DNA of 40,015 nucleotides from Octopus bimaculoides. Its lineage: Eukaryota. Below the pieces are notes generated by a model. That model saw only the letters and a list, made by a program, of their open reading frames with translations, searched no databases and was not told the origin of the DNA. Both the position numbers and the translations under genes were made by a program. The DNA lies in assembly GCF_001194135.2 (NCBI RefSeq), contig NC_068982.1:57069903-57109917 (forward strand). Reading direction: 5' to 3'. Positions 1 through 12,557 of the stretch are shown piece by piece. Positions within the stretch are counted from its first letter, which is position 1. The number at the start of each line of letters is the position of its first letter.

Positions 1-37
<37 letters not shown>

Positions 38-501
38 CCACACACACACACACATATGTATGTACGTATGTATGTAAGTATGTGTGTGTGTATGTCTTTG
101 TATGTATGTGCTTGTTAATCTACATACATCCACACACATTTTCATATCTGCCTACCTCGTTACTTACGAACGTATCCAGTTACTTTACACATCCACAGCA
201 TAACGTTGTCCGTGTAAGATAATTTGATCTGCAGTGATTTTATCAACGCTTTCATTCACTGAACTTTGACATAATGAAATCAACACTAATTTTGTTCTAT
301 TGGCGGCGATGTTAGCAAGGCTATGGCAAGGCGAGCAGAGGTAGTGGAAAACATACCGCTGAATGTTTAAGTAAAAACAAAATAACTATAGCGACGACGG
401 GTATAGGACTGGTAAGGGTAGCGTCATCAGGGTGGAAGTTTAGATAACGGTATTGAGAATGATGTTGTCGTTGGTGATGTTTCTCGCATGTGCCTTCACA
501 G

Positions 502-502
<1 letters not shown>

Positions 503-534
<32 letters not shown>
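503..534. repeat. (GTT)n microsatellite
   Basis: Direct reading. Confidence 0.95.
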
Positions 535-535
<1 letters not shown>

Positions 536-755
536 GCTCGAAGTCAGTTCTGGTTGAGCAGACCTACGATTAATTGCATTCCATATGTGACAATCCCGTC
601 TTATTCATTATTTTTTTTATATATATGCTGGCAAAGGACGGTGCCATTTATCTAACGTTTTCGTTCTTTTTAAGATTGTAGGGCGTGATTTGAAGAAGGT
701 TCAACTGTTATTTGTAGCAAGTCGAGTTACTACAAAAGAAGCTACCACGTTGGTC
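531..755 (+). mobile_element. Interspersed repeat family D (unclassified), copy 1
   Basis: GAGCAGACCTACGATTAA and TTTTTAAGATTGTAGGGCGTGATTTGAAG...CTGTTATTT align by eye with 35005-35185 (+) and more weakly with 15065-15165 (-). Confidence 0.45.
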
Positions 756-769
756 AGAGGAGATAATAC

Positions 770-1100
770 TGGTTGTGGTGGTGGTGTTTGTGGTGGCTGT
801 AGTGGTAGGGGGTGATAGTGATAATACTGGTTACGCTAGGTGACACAGAGGAGGTGGTGGTGATGGTGGTAGAGGTGTTAATGGTGGCGGTTAGTGGTGG
901 TGGTTGTGGTTGGTGTTATTGTTGGCTGGGGTAGCAGTAGGGAAAATATTTGTTACGGTAGTGGCAATGGTTTTGGCCTAGATGCTGCTGGTGGCGGCGG
1001 CGGTGGCGACGGTGGCGGCAGCGGTAGCAGTATAGTGTTTATTAGACAGCAATGCAAGGAGATGGTGGTGGTGACGGCGGCAGTGTTAGTGGGAGGGGGA
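770..1100. repeat. GGT/GGC-rich low-complexity tract
   Basis: Degenerate (GGT)n/(GGC)n; explains the Gly-rich and Pro-rich ORFs 894..1115 and 953..1327. Confidence 0.85.
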
Positions 1101-1414
1101 GGAATTCTGCAGTGACAGAGGCAATGGTACTTACTAGTTGTAGTTGCGCGAACTAGTAATGGGAGTAATCTCGAAAGATTAGATATGGGCAGACTCAACA
1201 GCAGAAACAGGATCATCGCTGTCGACAACAACAACAGAAAAATGAAAATTGAGCCTCCAGAGAATTTATGAACCTTCACATGGTCACTTGTTCGCTCAGA
1301 AATAACAGCCAACAACCCTGAAACCATAAATCAGGAAAAAGGCACAATAAATAATGCAGTCCGAGGTACTTTTAAAGATTACAGGTTAGACGTGGTTGAA
1401 ACGTTAGTCTGCTT

Positions 1415-1505
1415 CATCATCATCATCATCATCATTATCATCATCATCATCATCATCAACAACAACAACAACAACAACAACAAAGACAACAACAACAACT
1501 ACAAC
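1415..1505. repeat. (CAT)n(CAA)n compound microsatellite
   Basis: Direct reading. Confidence 0.95.
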
Positions 1506-1710
1506 AGAAGCATTAGGAAATATATCAGATCTCCGTCGAAATATTCAACATGAAAGCTAAAAATATGCCAGGAAGAACTCTTCAAAAACCTGTTCTCTCT
1601 TCTTGGTTGACCTAGTTTTCTGGTCCTTTGACCCTTCTGGCTGAATAATAACAGACTTATTCTTTCAGAATTCAAATTCCATTCAAATGAGAGAAATATT
1701 TTTGTATTCT

Positions 1711-1925
1711 AAGGCCGCGAGCTGGCAGAATCGTTAGCACGCCAGACGAAATGCTACTAAGCATTTCGTCCGTCTTTACGTTCTGAGTAGAAATTTCGCC
1801 GAGGTCGACTTTGCCTTTCATCCTTTCGGGATCGATAAAAGAAGTAACAGTTGAGTACTGGGGTCGATGTAACCGACTTACTCTTCACCCCCGAAATTGC
1901 TGGCCTTGTGCTAAAACTTCAAACC
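1711..1925 (+). mobile_element. tRNA-derived SINE family A, full length, with 16-bp TSD
   Basis: A-box-like TGGCAGAATCGTTAGC, decayed B-box region, body GTCGACTTTGCCTTTCATCCTTTCGGG shared with 4-5 other copies. Flanked by AATATTTTTGTATTCT (1695-1710) and AATATTTTTGGATTCT (1926-1941), one mismatch. Confidence 0.9.
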
Positions 1926-2199
1926 AATATTTTTGGATTCTGATCACAGATTGATCTTTCAGATTGTGAAAGCAAGTCAGAGAGTTTAAATTTAAGAGGT
2001 ATCTTAAAACTCTGACGAAGATAGAATTGCTTAGACTTACTTAACTATCTGCAAAAGGTTATAATTATGGGTTATCTAGTCTTTATTCATAGGATAAAAT
2101 CTGATAAGTACGATGTAATTATCACTGTTTCGGGTTGTAAAGGTATCGTGAATATCTTCGGCTTTTATCAAGTTAGTTACAGATAATGGTTATCAAATT

Positions 2200-2346
2200 A
2201 GGGAAGAAGGCCTGAAATTGGTGGGAGGGACTAGTCGATAACTTCGACCCCTGTACTCAACTAGTACTTTATTTTATCGATCCCAAAAGGAGGAAAGTTG
2301 ATCTTTGAGTGATTAGAACTCATAACGATACTAAGTGCTATAATGC
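2200..2346 (-). mobile_element. SINE family A, decayed 3' portion
   Basis: Reverse complement matches the family A 3' part (AGGCCTGAAATT, TCGACCCC.GTACTCAACT.GTACTT..TTTTATCGA). Confidence 0.75.
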
Positions 2347-3469
2347 CTGGGTACAGTCGATATTGATTTGCTTTGGTCCATAAGCTGGATGCTTTTCTTC
2401 AAGGTTTCATTGATAAGGTTGATAAACATACACGGAAATCGAAGGATAAGAAACGCCATCACTGAGAGACCCAATTTGCTATGCAAGATAAACTTTAGGA
2501 TGCCAATGATAGAACTTCTAATTCGTTGCTTCATCCGCTAAAACATAACACTGTCATTGCGAAATTTGAAGTGACATGAAGCAATTGTGGGAGATTTTCA
2601 TCAGTTCATTGGTAAACACTTTGATACAAAGAGGTTGATTCGAGCTTCTTCGATATTGCAGATTGACTCAGTGGCCACCCTCGATTCTCGGTAGTAGAGG
2701 AAACAATCGCTATATTTCAAACATTTGATATTTGCACTTATTGGAAACAATTGCTTTTGGATGGTTAGCTTAATTAATTCATAAACACTAAACTTGTGCA
2801 TTTTTGTCTTGCACCAAAGTAAAATAATACCAGTATTTCACTCGGAGTATTCCTTCTAGCAGAAATAATACTCTGAGGAAGTATAAATAAATGGAACATT
2901 TTCCTTCAGGGTATTAACAACAAAGCGGTATTGTGTAATATATTAAATGTTTTCTTCAAATTAATAAATCAGATAATAAAAAATGTAATTAGCTGAAACT
3001 GAACTTTGAGACATTTGACAACCTCAGCTACAAAATTTCGATTATTATACACGTGAATGCGGGTGGTGGGGAGACATTCAGCTATAAACAAGATAGAATT
3101 AATTTAAACAACAAAATATAAATGTAAATTTAATCTCTGGAAGGAATTTTTAAGAAATGTGGTTGATAAAGGTATATTGCTAAATGTTTGTCTGTTTCTT
3201 ATACAAAAACGTTTCTCTTGAGAGCAGTAACTCGTGTATTTGTTGATTTTAAATAATGTATTTTGTGAAAGTAAAAATAAATATGATAAAAGAGAGAAAA
3301 AATGCTGACAGTAAGTTAGAAAATTTGAATGTTCCGAAACTGTATTCAATAAAAAACAGACCAACAAGAAAATATAATGCATGTGTGTAGGTACGTATGT
3401 ATGTATGTATGTATGTATGCATTTGTATATGTAAAAATGTATGTATCTTTGTAAGTTTGAGTGTATGTA

Positions 3470-3478
3470 CGCACGCAC

Positions 3479-3546
<68 letters not shown>

Positions 3547-3584
3547 GCACATGCATATATGTAACTGTAATAATATTAATGCAC

Positions 3585-3622
<38 letters not shown>

Positions 3623-3699
3623 NNNNNNNNNNNNNNNNNNNNNNNNNNNNNNNNNTATATATAATTCAGGAGCCCTAACAAAACCTGTGATAAAGAGTA

Positions 3700-3767
<68 letters not shown>
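3470..3767. repeat. (CA)n(CT)n, (TA)n plus gap, and (AAT)n microsatellite cluster
   Basis: Direct reading; N-run about 3623-3655. Confidence 0.95.
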
Positions 3768-3769
<2 letters not shown>

Positions 3770-4379
3770 CGCATTCTTATTACAAACCACACGATCTCAC
3801 ACATAAATTCTCTCTCTCTCACTGCCTACCTATTTCTCCCGAATATCTAACTCTGTGTGTATATGTGTGTGTGCGAGTGCGTGTGTGCATGCGTGTCTCT
3901 CTGTGTGTCCGTGTGTAAGCTTATGTGTGTGTGTGTGTGTGTGTGTGTGTATGCGTGTGTGTGTGCGTTTCTGATATTACAAATATTGTGATCTTGCATT
4001 TTTATTCCTATCAATATCCCTCACCCATCTCCGACTTTCCATCACTTACATCTATATACGAGCATATTCGTATATTTCATATTTACATAGATCTAAAATA
4101 ACGATCTATGTGTGGGTTTGTGCGTGGAGAATTTACTTGCGTTTTCGTATGTATGTGTGTGCTTGCGCACACATTTGTATGTGTGTGTGTACGCGCGTGT
4201 GCGCGATTGGATAGAGTTTATCCATTTTTAATACACGGAATAGAATAAATCCGAAATTCAATTGTACCAAAAGAAAAAAAAATGTAAAGAGCTCAGATAT
4301 CAAATTATCATAAAATAAGAAAAAAACACATACACAAAAGCGTTTCTTATATACAGGTACGTACGTACACATTTACATG

Positions 4380-4499
4380 CATCTATTATGTATGTATGTA
4401 TGCATGTATGTACGTATGTATGTATGTATTTCTATGTATGTGCGTATGTATGTATGCATGTATGAATGTATGTATTTATGTTCTATGTATACATGAATG

Positions 4500-4532
<33 letters not shown>

Positions 4533-5027
4533 NNNNNNNNNNNNNNNNNNNNNNNNNNNNNNNNNNNNNNNNNNNNNNNNNNNNNNNNNNNNNNNNNNNN
4601 NNNNNNNNNNNNNNNNNNNNNNNNNNNNNNNNNNNNNNNNNNNNNNNNNNNNNNNNNNNNNNNNNNNNNNNNNNNNNNNNNNNNNNNNNNNNNNNNNNNN
4701 NNNNNNNNNNNNNNNNNNNNNNNNNNNNNNNNNNNNNNNNNNNNNNNNNNNNNNNNNNNNNNNNNNNNNNNNNNNNNNNNNNNNNNNNNNNNNNNNNNNN
4801 NNNNNNNNNNNNNNNNNNNNNNNNNNNNNNNNNNNNNNNNNNNNNNNNNNNNNNNNNNNNNNNNNNNNNNNNNNNNNNNNNNNNNNNNNNNNNNNNNNNN
4901 NNNNNNNNNNNNNNNNNNNNNNNNNNNNNNNNNNNNNNNNNNNNNNNNNNNNNNNNNNNNNNNNNNNNTGTGTGAGAGAGAGAGAGAGTGTATGTATATT
5001 TATGTGAGTAAATATATAATTATATAC

Positions 5028-5058
<31 letters not shown>

Positions 5059-5082
5059 TGTATGTATGTATGTATGTATGTA
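4380..5082. repeat. (TATG)n/(TA)n/(GA)n cluster around an assembly gap
   Basis: Direct reading; N-run about 4533-4968. Confidence 0.9.
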
Positions 5083-7200
5083 TAAACCAATATGCACTGA
5101 CGTACAGATAGATAACAATGCACTCACACGAGCGGGGCACACTAACATGAAATATCTCATTGTAAAGACCTCTGTGTTCGGCGCCGTTCAAACTTATTCA
5201 CTTTTCTCTTTGTGACTCCAAATTATTTGCAAGTCAATACATTTCAAACTTGAAGATTTTACAGAGGAAAATCTTAGTTTCCTTTTTATTGTTGCATCTG
5301 TTGTTGTTGATGATGATGATGATAATGATGATGATGGTGGTGATGGTGATGATGGTGATGATGATGACTCTATTGTTGCTGCTACTGCTGCTGCTGTTAT
5401 TGATATTGTTGTCTTCGTTGTAAATATGGCCGCGGTGGTGGACTGATTGAAATGTGTTATTGTTTCTTTAAGATATTACAATATCTATTACGAATAAACA
5501 ATATCTATTCTGAACTATCCCTTTGTTGTTGTTGTTGTTGTTGCTTTTATTTTTATCATCCTCTAGAACTTGAAGCAAGAGACTTATAAAGAATATCGAA
5601 TATGACTAATTCTAAAAGTTAGGTTCAATTCTTTGTGCAATGTGACATCCGAATCAAGCGATAAGTATAAATTAAAACGTTAGTACATAACTGGACTATT
5701 TGCTCTGTATTCTTTGACTAGTTTACTTTATGTCAGTTATTTTCGTTCTCGTATCTATTACACAACTATGTCTGTTTTGATGGTATTTGAAGCCAGTTTC
5801 TTACCCAAACACGAGTCAAACGATTCTACGATTAAAGACACCCCAGATATTCCCATCATACCATAATCTGAAAACATGAATTTTCTTGTTCATTATTTGC
5901 TGATGTTCAGCTCTCGGTCATCTTTTGTAAAAGAGATTTATTATCAAACGCATTGTAACCATCCATTTAATTATTTTCAAATACTGAGTAGCGAATCAAT
6001 TAATAATGCAAAACATGGCGCTTTCATTCTACAAGCCTTTTTAATAAACATATAGTTTAAACCTCGCTTAAGAAACTGGCTGCGCCATAAGATTTAGGAT
6101 ATTACACAGAAGACTATATCCGAGTTTGTATACAGTATAAATAACCAAACACAAGTGGGGATATTTTTTTCAGATGATGGTATAACGAGACTGGAAAAGC
6201 GGGGACACTTGAAGACAAAGTGAACACTGTCTGAAATTATATCTTGCATTTCAAATTGCAAAAAAAAACAAAAAAACAAAAACAAACTATGAAGGAATTA
6301 GTACACGTTTTCTTTGCATGGGCTTTTATGCAAATTAGACAAATCAATTTGCCTCCATCGCAGTTCTATTTTAATAACAAAAGTTTACTATATTCTCCGT
6401 TGACTGTAAATGATCATTTTTTTTATATGACGAAACCCCACCAAGGTTAGAAACTCATAAACTAGAACCTATTTCCTCACCACGGAGATATACAATCTGA
6501 GGTGTAACTAGCTATTTAATTTTGACAGAGAGGCTACTTTATAATATTATTACGAAAGCATGCCCCACATTTCATTTTATCTACAAAATAAAGCTCTGTA
6601 ATTCGTTTGTGAGTGCGAGTGTTTATATATAAATACAGACATAAGCAGACAAATGATCATAGATAAAAATACCTTTATATATATTTACACTGATACTGAA
6701 AGGTGTAGGAAATGGAGAAAGGCAATCTATAGTATTTATGTATTCAGAAAAAATTTACAACAATGAAATTGTAAATTGCAAGTAAGTTACCTGAAGAAAA
6801 GTTAAGCTGAATGCATGTTACAACTTTAAATTACGTAACACAGGTTTAGCTTTTCTTAGAAATATATGTAATGCGGATTTGCCTTCTCTATTCCTTACAC
6901 CTACCAATATATAATCGTATATTGAGCAATTTTGGCTGCTAGACTATGAGTTCTATAGTTGCAGTCATTAAAGTCTCCATTAAATGCGATATGAGACGAT
7001 GTGAATAATATACTTTGATTAATAAACTTTGTTGCTCGCGTATCATCTGTTTTATGTTAACTATATAAACCGGATATATGCTTGATGCTAACTGTCCTTA
7101 CAAAGATATTTTTGGATTACATTATTTTACATTTACTATCTATCTATCTGTCTGTCTGTCTGTCTCTCTGTCTGTCTCTCTCTCTCTCTCACTCTCTCTC

Positions 7201-7257
<57 letters not shown>

Positions 7258-7259
7258 CT

Positions 7260-8363
7260 TAGTGCAATTTTGAAGAGTACAGTTCGATTTTAGCAGTTAT
7301 ATTTTCAAAGCTATTATGGAAGTGACAAAGGTGCATGTTTAGCATGTTTTGCTTTATGAGTTCAATAAAGGCAACAACCCTAAGGAAAGTGCGAGGAATA
7401 TTAATGCAGTATATGGGGATCGGACAATAAGTGTAAGCCGGTGCCAACGGCAGTTCCAGAAATTCTGAGCCGGAAACTACAGCCTAGAAAAAGAGCCTCG
7501 TCCTGGAAGATCTGTAGAGCTTGACGAGGACGTCGTACAAACCCTGGTGGGACAAAATCCCATTGTAACTGATGAAGAACTAGCAGAGAAGCTTGGATTT
7601 GGTCATTCAACCATTCATCGAGAGTTGCGTGCTATCGGAAAAGCCAGCAAAGTGGGTCAATGGGTTCCTCACAAAATTTCCGAGTCTAATCGCGCGCAGA
7701 GAGTGATCGTGTGCCCTTCTTTGCTGTCAAGTCTCACGAATTAACCTTTTTTGGACCGAACAGTGACTGGTAACAAGAAATGGGTTATCTATTAAAACAT
7801 CCAGCACCGAAGACTGTGAGTAGGGAAAGGAGAAACACCGGCACTCCAGGCTAAAGAAAGTCTTCACCGACGTAAGGTATTGTTATCTGTTCGGTGGGAT
7901 ATAAAAGGTTTAGCCCACTTTGAACTTTTAAACCCAAACCAAACGGTAGGAAAGGAGATCTACTAAAAACGACTATCATTGGTTTCAAGACAAAAGGTAT
8001 TCTTCCATCAGGATAATGCTCGGCCACGTAAAACAAAGATGACATTCCAAAGGCTGGAGCAGTTTGAATAAAAATCGATGCTCCACCCATCATATTCGCC
8101 AGGCATTGCTCCATCTGATTACCATTTATTCCGCAGTCTTCAAAATCATTTGGACGGAAAAATATGGATTCTGTTGACGAGGTCAGAACTGTACTGGAGG
8201 AGTATTTTTCATCACGGACAAGTGAATTATGGAAGAAGGGCTTTGCAATTCTACCAGATAGATGAAGGAGGGTATATTTTAGATTAAAATAGAACTTTGC
8301 TTATTTTAATTTTGAAAAATAAAAGAAGTATATAAAACAGCATTATTTATAGATGACACAATA
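7260..8363 (+). mobile_element. Mariner element, right TIR present, left TIR missing
   Basis: Ends ...CAGCATTATTTATAGATGACACAATA then TA (8364-65), a typical mariner TIR. No matching left TIR; an (AT)n/(CT)n tract occupies that position. Confidence 0.8.
7316..8287 (+). pseudogene. Mariner (DD34D) transposase pseudogene
   Basis: Frame from ATG 7316: MEVTKVHV*HVLLYEFNKG...PRPGRS...GQWVPH...TGNKKW (first D lost)...HQDNARP-[34 residues D to D]-YSPGIAPSDYHLF. Several in-frame stops, an apparent in-frame deletion before SLVSRQKVFFHQD, and a -1 frameshift near 8160. Confidence 0.95.
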
Positions 8364-9663
8364 TATACATATATATACAGAGTCGGTCAAAAGTCACGCA
8401 CAAAATANNNNNNNNNNNNNNNNNNNNNNNNNNNNNNNNNNNNNNNNNNNNNNNNNNNNNNNNNNNNNNNNNNNNNNNNNNNNNNNNNNNNNNNNNNNNN
8501 NNNNNNNNNNNNNNNNNNNNNNNNNNNNNNNNNNNNNNNNNNNNNNNNNNNNNNNNNNNNNNNNNNNNNNNNNNNNNNNNNNNNNNNNNNNNNNNNNNNN
8601 NNNNNNNNNNNNNNNNNNNNNNNNNNNNNNNNNNNNNNNNNNNNNNNNNNNNNNNNNNNNNNNNNNNNNNNNNNNNNNNNNNNNNNNNNNNNNNNNNNNN
8701 NNNNNNNNNNNNNNNNNNNNNNNNNNNNNNNNNNNNNNNNNNNATATATATATATGAAATTTTTCAGCAAAATTAGTGCTGCCAGTAACTTCGAAGTTTC
8801 ATATCGCTAAGCCATCACGAGACTCTCCGATGATTGTTTAGCAGACCGAAGTTTCGAAATCACTGTGAACGCTATTTTTGTGAAAGAATAATAAACATGG
8901 ACTCTACAAATAAGTATTGAGTAATCTTTCTGTTTAATGTAAAATAGTTTTCATTATAACTCGACATAAAAACAAATGTCAATATGTGTGCGTGTCTGTG
9001 TGCCTATGTGTCTGTATGCATATGCACATATGTGTGTATACGTATATATACACACATACATACAAACATACACACATGCACACACACACATATACAATAA
9101 AGCGAGAGAAGAAAATAGAGATGAAGTGAATAGATAAACAAGCAATAATAGAAACTATGAACTTCTTAATATAAGATATTACATATAAGCCAGTGGAGTT
9201 AATTTGATACGGCAAGAATTCAAGAAATAGAGTGTTAAAAATCAAAGAAAAGTGAACATCATAGCAGATTATATGAAAGCATTGATCTCTGTTAGTGAAT
9301 ACTTCACTTGAATAACAAACAATATCATTAGAATTCTTCATATATCATAACATATTACATCAAATGATATTATATTATTCACCTCACATGCATTTACACT
9401 CGCGCGTGCACACACACGTTTTCCTGTATACAGCTTGATTGAATACTGCGTTTAATTTTCTAGAAGCACGCTCATATGATGTTTCATAGATAGTTGTATA
9501 GCGGAGATAGTGTCAATAGATGAAGAATTTATCTTGCATGGTGCATAAGATAGCTTTCTTTGTCCTTGCTGTCCAGATCCATGCTGCTGACCATTCTGAG
9601 TTACTTTATATATATATACATGTGTGCGTGCGTATGTACATACATACATACATACATAAACAG

Positions 9664-9839
9664 AGATATAGGTATAAAGGAGAGACAAACAAATTGGCAA
9701 GACTTAACAAGGACACTTAATTCAATTTAGCTATATAGTGAAAGGTAGAGATAGCCTTCGATAGCTGTTTCTGGGATATCCCAGCTATTGAAACATCGTG
9801 CAAAGCGAATACTCCATATGCTGAATATACCGTCATCAG

Positions 9840-9912
<73 letters not shown>

Positions 9913-10199
9913 TAGGTTAAACATGTAACAGTGGAATAAAAATTTCTCGTCAATGATAATTGTTGTGGTTAATTCTGTCCAGTTAGATCTAGTGAGGCTG
10001 GGTATTCATTAAGCAAATCCATGATCAGATATAATGGTTAGATAGTAATTCATAGTGAAGAAAAATGGATGTTAGTTGTTCCAAAGTTGGACAAATGCTT
10101 CTACCTATCTCTACATTTCATAATATAGGAAAATTAAATCAAATGTCCTTGTCAAGTCTTGTCAATTTGTTTGCCTCTCCTTTTTACGTAACCTATACC
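9664..10199. repeat. About 90-bp inverted repeat (9665-9754 / 10105-10199) enclosing a hammerhead-like motif and (GATA)n; PLE-like
   Basis: The reverse complement of the left arm aligns with the right arm (roughly 80% by eye). Minus strand reads CTGATGA...GAAACAGCTATC at 9839->9760. Confidence 0.7.
9841..9910. repeat. (GATA)n microsatellite
   Basis: Direct reading. Confidence 0.97.
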
Positions 10200-11329
10200 T
10201 ACTGACTCAAGAGAGAAGCCACTTCTAGTTGCTTTTGGACAAGGCACTCACAAAGATACAACTTCAGCTGCTACTCACACCGGAGTTTTAGTGTTATACC
10301 TATTTGAGCACTCAGACCGCATACCTATTGGTTTCAGTCACCTTGACGAAAACTCATTGTATCTTTTATATAACCATAGAGAGAGAGAGAGAGGGAGAGA
10401 GAGGGAGAGAGAGAGAGAGAGAGAGAGGAAGAGGGAGAGATAGAAAGAGAGTGAGACAAGTATGTAGTGATGAGCGTAGCCTAGTGGTTTGAATGTATAT
10501 ATATACATATGTATTATATATATATATATATGCATGNNNNNNNNNNNNNNNNNNNNNNNNNNNNNNNNNNNNNNNNNNNNNNNNNNNNNNNNNATATATA
10601 TATACATATACATATATAAATATATACACATACAAACACACACATATATATATGCATGTATGTATGTATGTATGTATGTATGTGTGTATGTATGAATGTA
10701 TGTGTGTGCGCGCGCACGTGGTACCGAGCATTTCGAAAACAGTAACTAAATTTCTTAATCCTTTGAATGTGAAACTTCTCCCAGACATTTCTCAACTCAG
10801 CAAAATCCATTACTGTCACGTCTTTCAAAGAAACTGGCCAACCATTTCAAATTTCCCACCCTGGTCTTTTGAATCAATTGATATGTTAGCCTTGTTTGTA
10901 CAGTATATCGCTAAGATGTCAAAACTTTTCAGATTAATTTACTCACTAGTTCACAATTCTTATATAAAATCATTCACCAGGAACACTTACGGATTTTCAC
11001 ATCTAACCCTATGCATTCTCACAAGTTATATAAGGAAAAGAAACGTTTTGTAAGTCTATATCGTCCCAATCTTTCATCAAGACAACTATGAGGCTCGTTG
11101 CAATCAAGCAAGTCATCAATTTAGCTTTCATCGTAGCTAAGCACCAGATACACTGTGGCTAATCAATAAGTTCTAGTGACCTATAATTGAACTGATTGTT
11201 TAGGCCTTTACGTGATCACATTAATTGCTAGAAATAGTTACCAAATCTCCTTAAACAAAATTGCGAATAATAGGAATCGTACAATATCCCATTATAACAC
11301 CTCGGAATGCGGTGTCAGGAAGTAAATGT

Positions 11330-11393
11330 ACGAAGATGTTGGACGAAGATGTTGGACGAAGATGTTGGACGAAGATGTTGGACGAAGATGTTG
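11330..11393. repeat. Perfect 13-bp minisatellite ACGAAGATGTTGG, about 4.9 copies
   Basis: Units at 11330, 11343, 11356, 11369 and 11382; no spacers. Confidence 0.97.
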
Positions 11394-12346
11394 AATTTAC
11401 AAACACTAGAAAATATTATGATGCTAATTTACCGCACAATAGAATAATTCTCTCGCACGTGTGATACTGAATCGAGCTTAAAGAGGAAGAACTTGGTTAT
11501 TGTATATAATCACATAGTTCAATGCATTCTTACGGCGAACATAAGGAAAGGGAAACAGGAAGAATATGCTCAGTGCAAAAGATTTCTCAAATGAAAAGTC
11601 ATATGTCAGTTTTCTATCTATCTATCTAGCTAGCTAGACACGAGGACAATATATATAACCCCCCCCCCCACACACACACACGCACACGCATATATACACA
11701 CATACATGTACATATATATATATACGTAATCCTTCATGTTACCCCTGCCTGTAACATTATCCCAATCAATTTTTAAATTTTTATTTCCTTTTTAACTTTC
11801 CTTCTACAAACACACTTTCCTACCACTTTTTTTTCTCTCTGCTTTCCGTTTTCATTTTTCAAAAATATTAACTTCCGAAACTTCACTCATTTCAAATATT
11901 CGCCTCAAGCATTCAAATTAACACCAATCAATTCTTTGTTTAGAAGAAAAAATATCCAGTGTCTGTTACATTATATATAACATTTTATTTGATGCACCTG
12001 TATTCGAAAGAGGTTCTAATTCCAAGTTCCCCCAAGCTTGAAACGATGAATTAGTCGTTGGTTCGTCGTTCTGTTGAATAGCCTATCAACACATCGCGAA
12101 ACTCAGACCTTTCGTATGATTTGGATCCATATATATATATAACATACATATAACATACATATAAGAGGGATGACCACTAAGTGTACATCCAATATGCTAC
12201 ATATAGACCCCCATATGGTCTGACCACTAAGAAAGGATTGTTCTTAATAAAATTCAGCAAACGCCAAAACGTCAGCGAGCAAGACATGTTCTCTAACCGA
12301 CAGGCTTCAATGCAATAAATTATTTTCTGCAGTTATTTCCGGTTTT

Positions 12347-12460
12347 TGTATGTATGTATGTATGTATGTATGTATGTATGTATGTATGTATGTATGCATG
12401 TATGTATGTATGTATGTATGTATGTATGTATGTGTGTGTGTGCATGCATGTATGTATATG
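12347..12460. repeat. (TATG)n microsatellite
   Basis: Direct reading. Confidence 0.95.
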
Positions 12461-12557
12461 TTGTTTATATTAATTTTATGTATACACGTTAGCGAATCGC
12501 TAAATCCCCCATTAATTTGGATGACGAAAACACATATACTAATAGAGAAAGAAACTG

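Noticed and set aside
953-1327. Pro-rich 124-aa ORF
   Set aside because: Explained by the GGT/GGC low-complexity tract; no family motif.
2380-2720. Protein-like reading frame (ALVHKLDAFLQGFIDKVDKH...)
   Set aside because: Interrupted by stops and no motif I can recognise; would need BLASTX.
11330-11393. CRISPR-like array
   Set aside because: Contiguous 13-bp units with no spacers, in a eukaryotic context.
12083-12110. CTGTTGA...GCGAAAC hammerhead-like spacing
   Set aside because: No coherent stem II closing on the core and no stem I.
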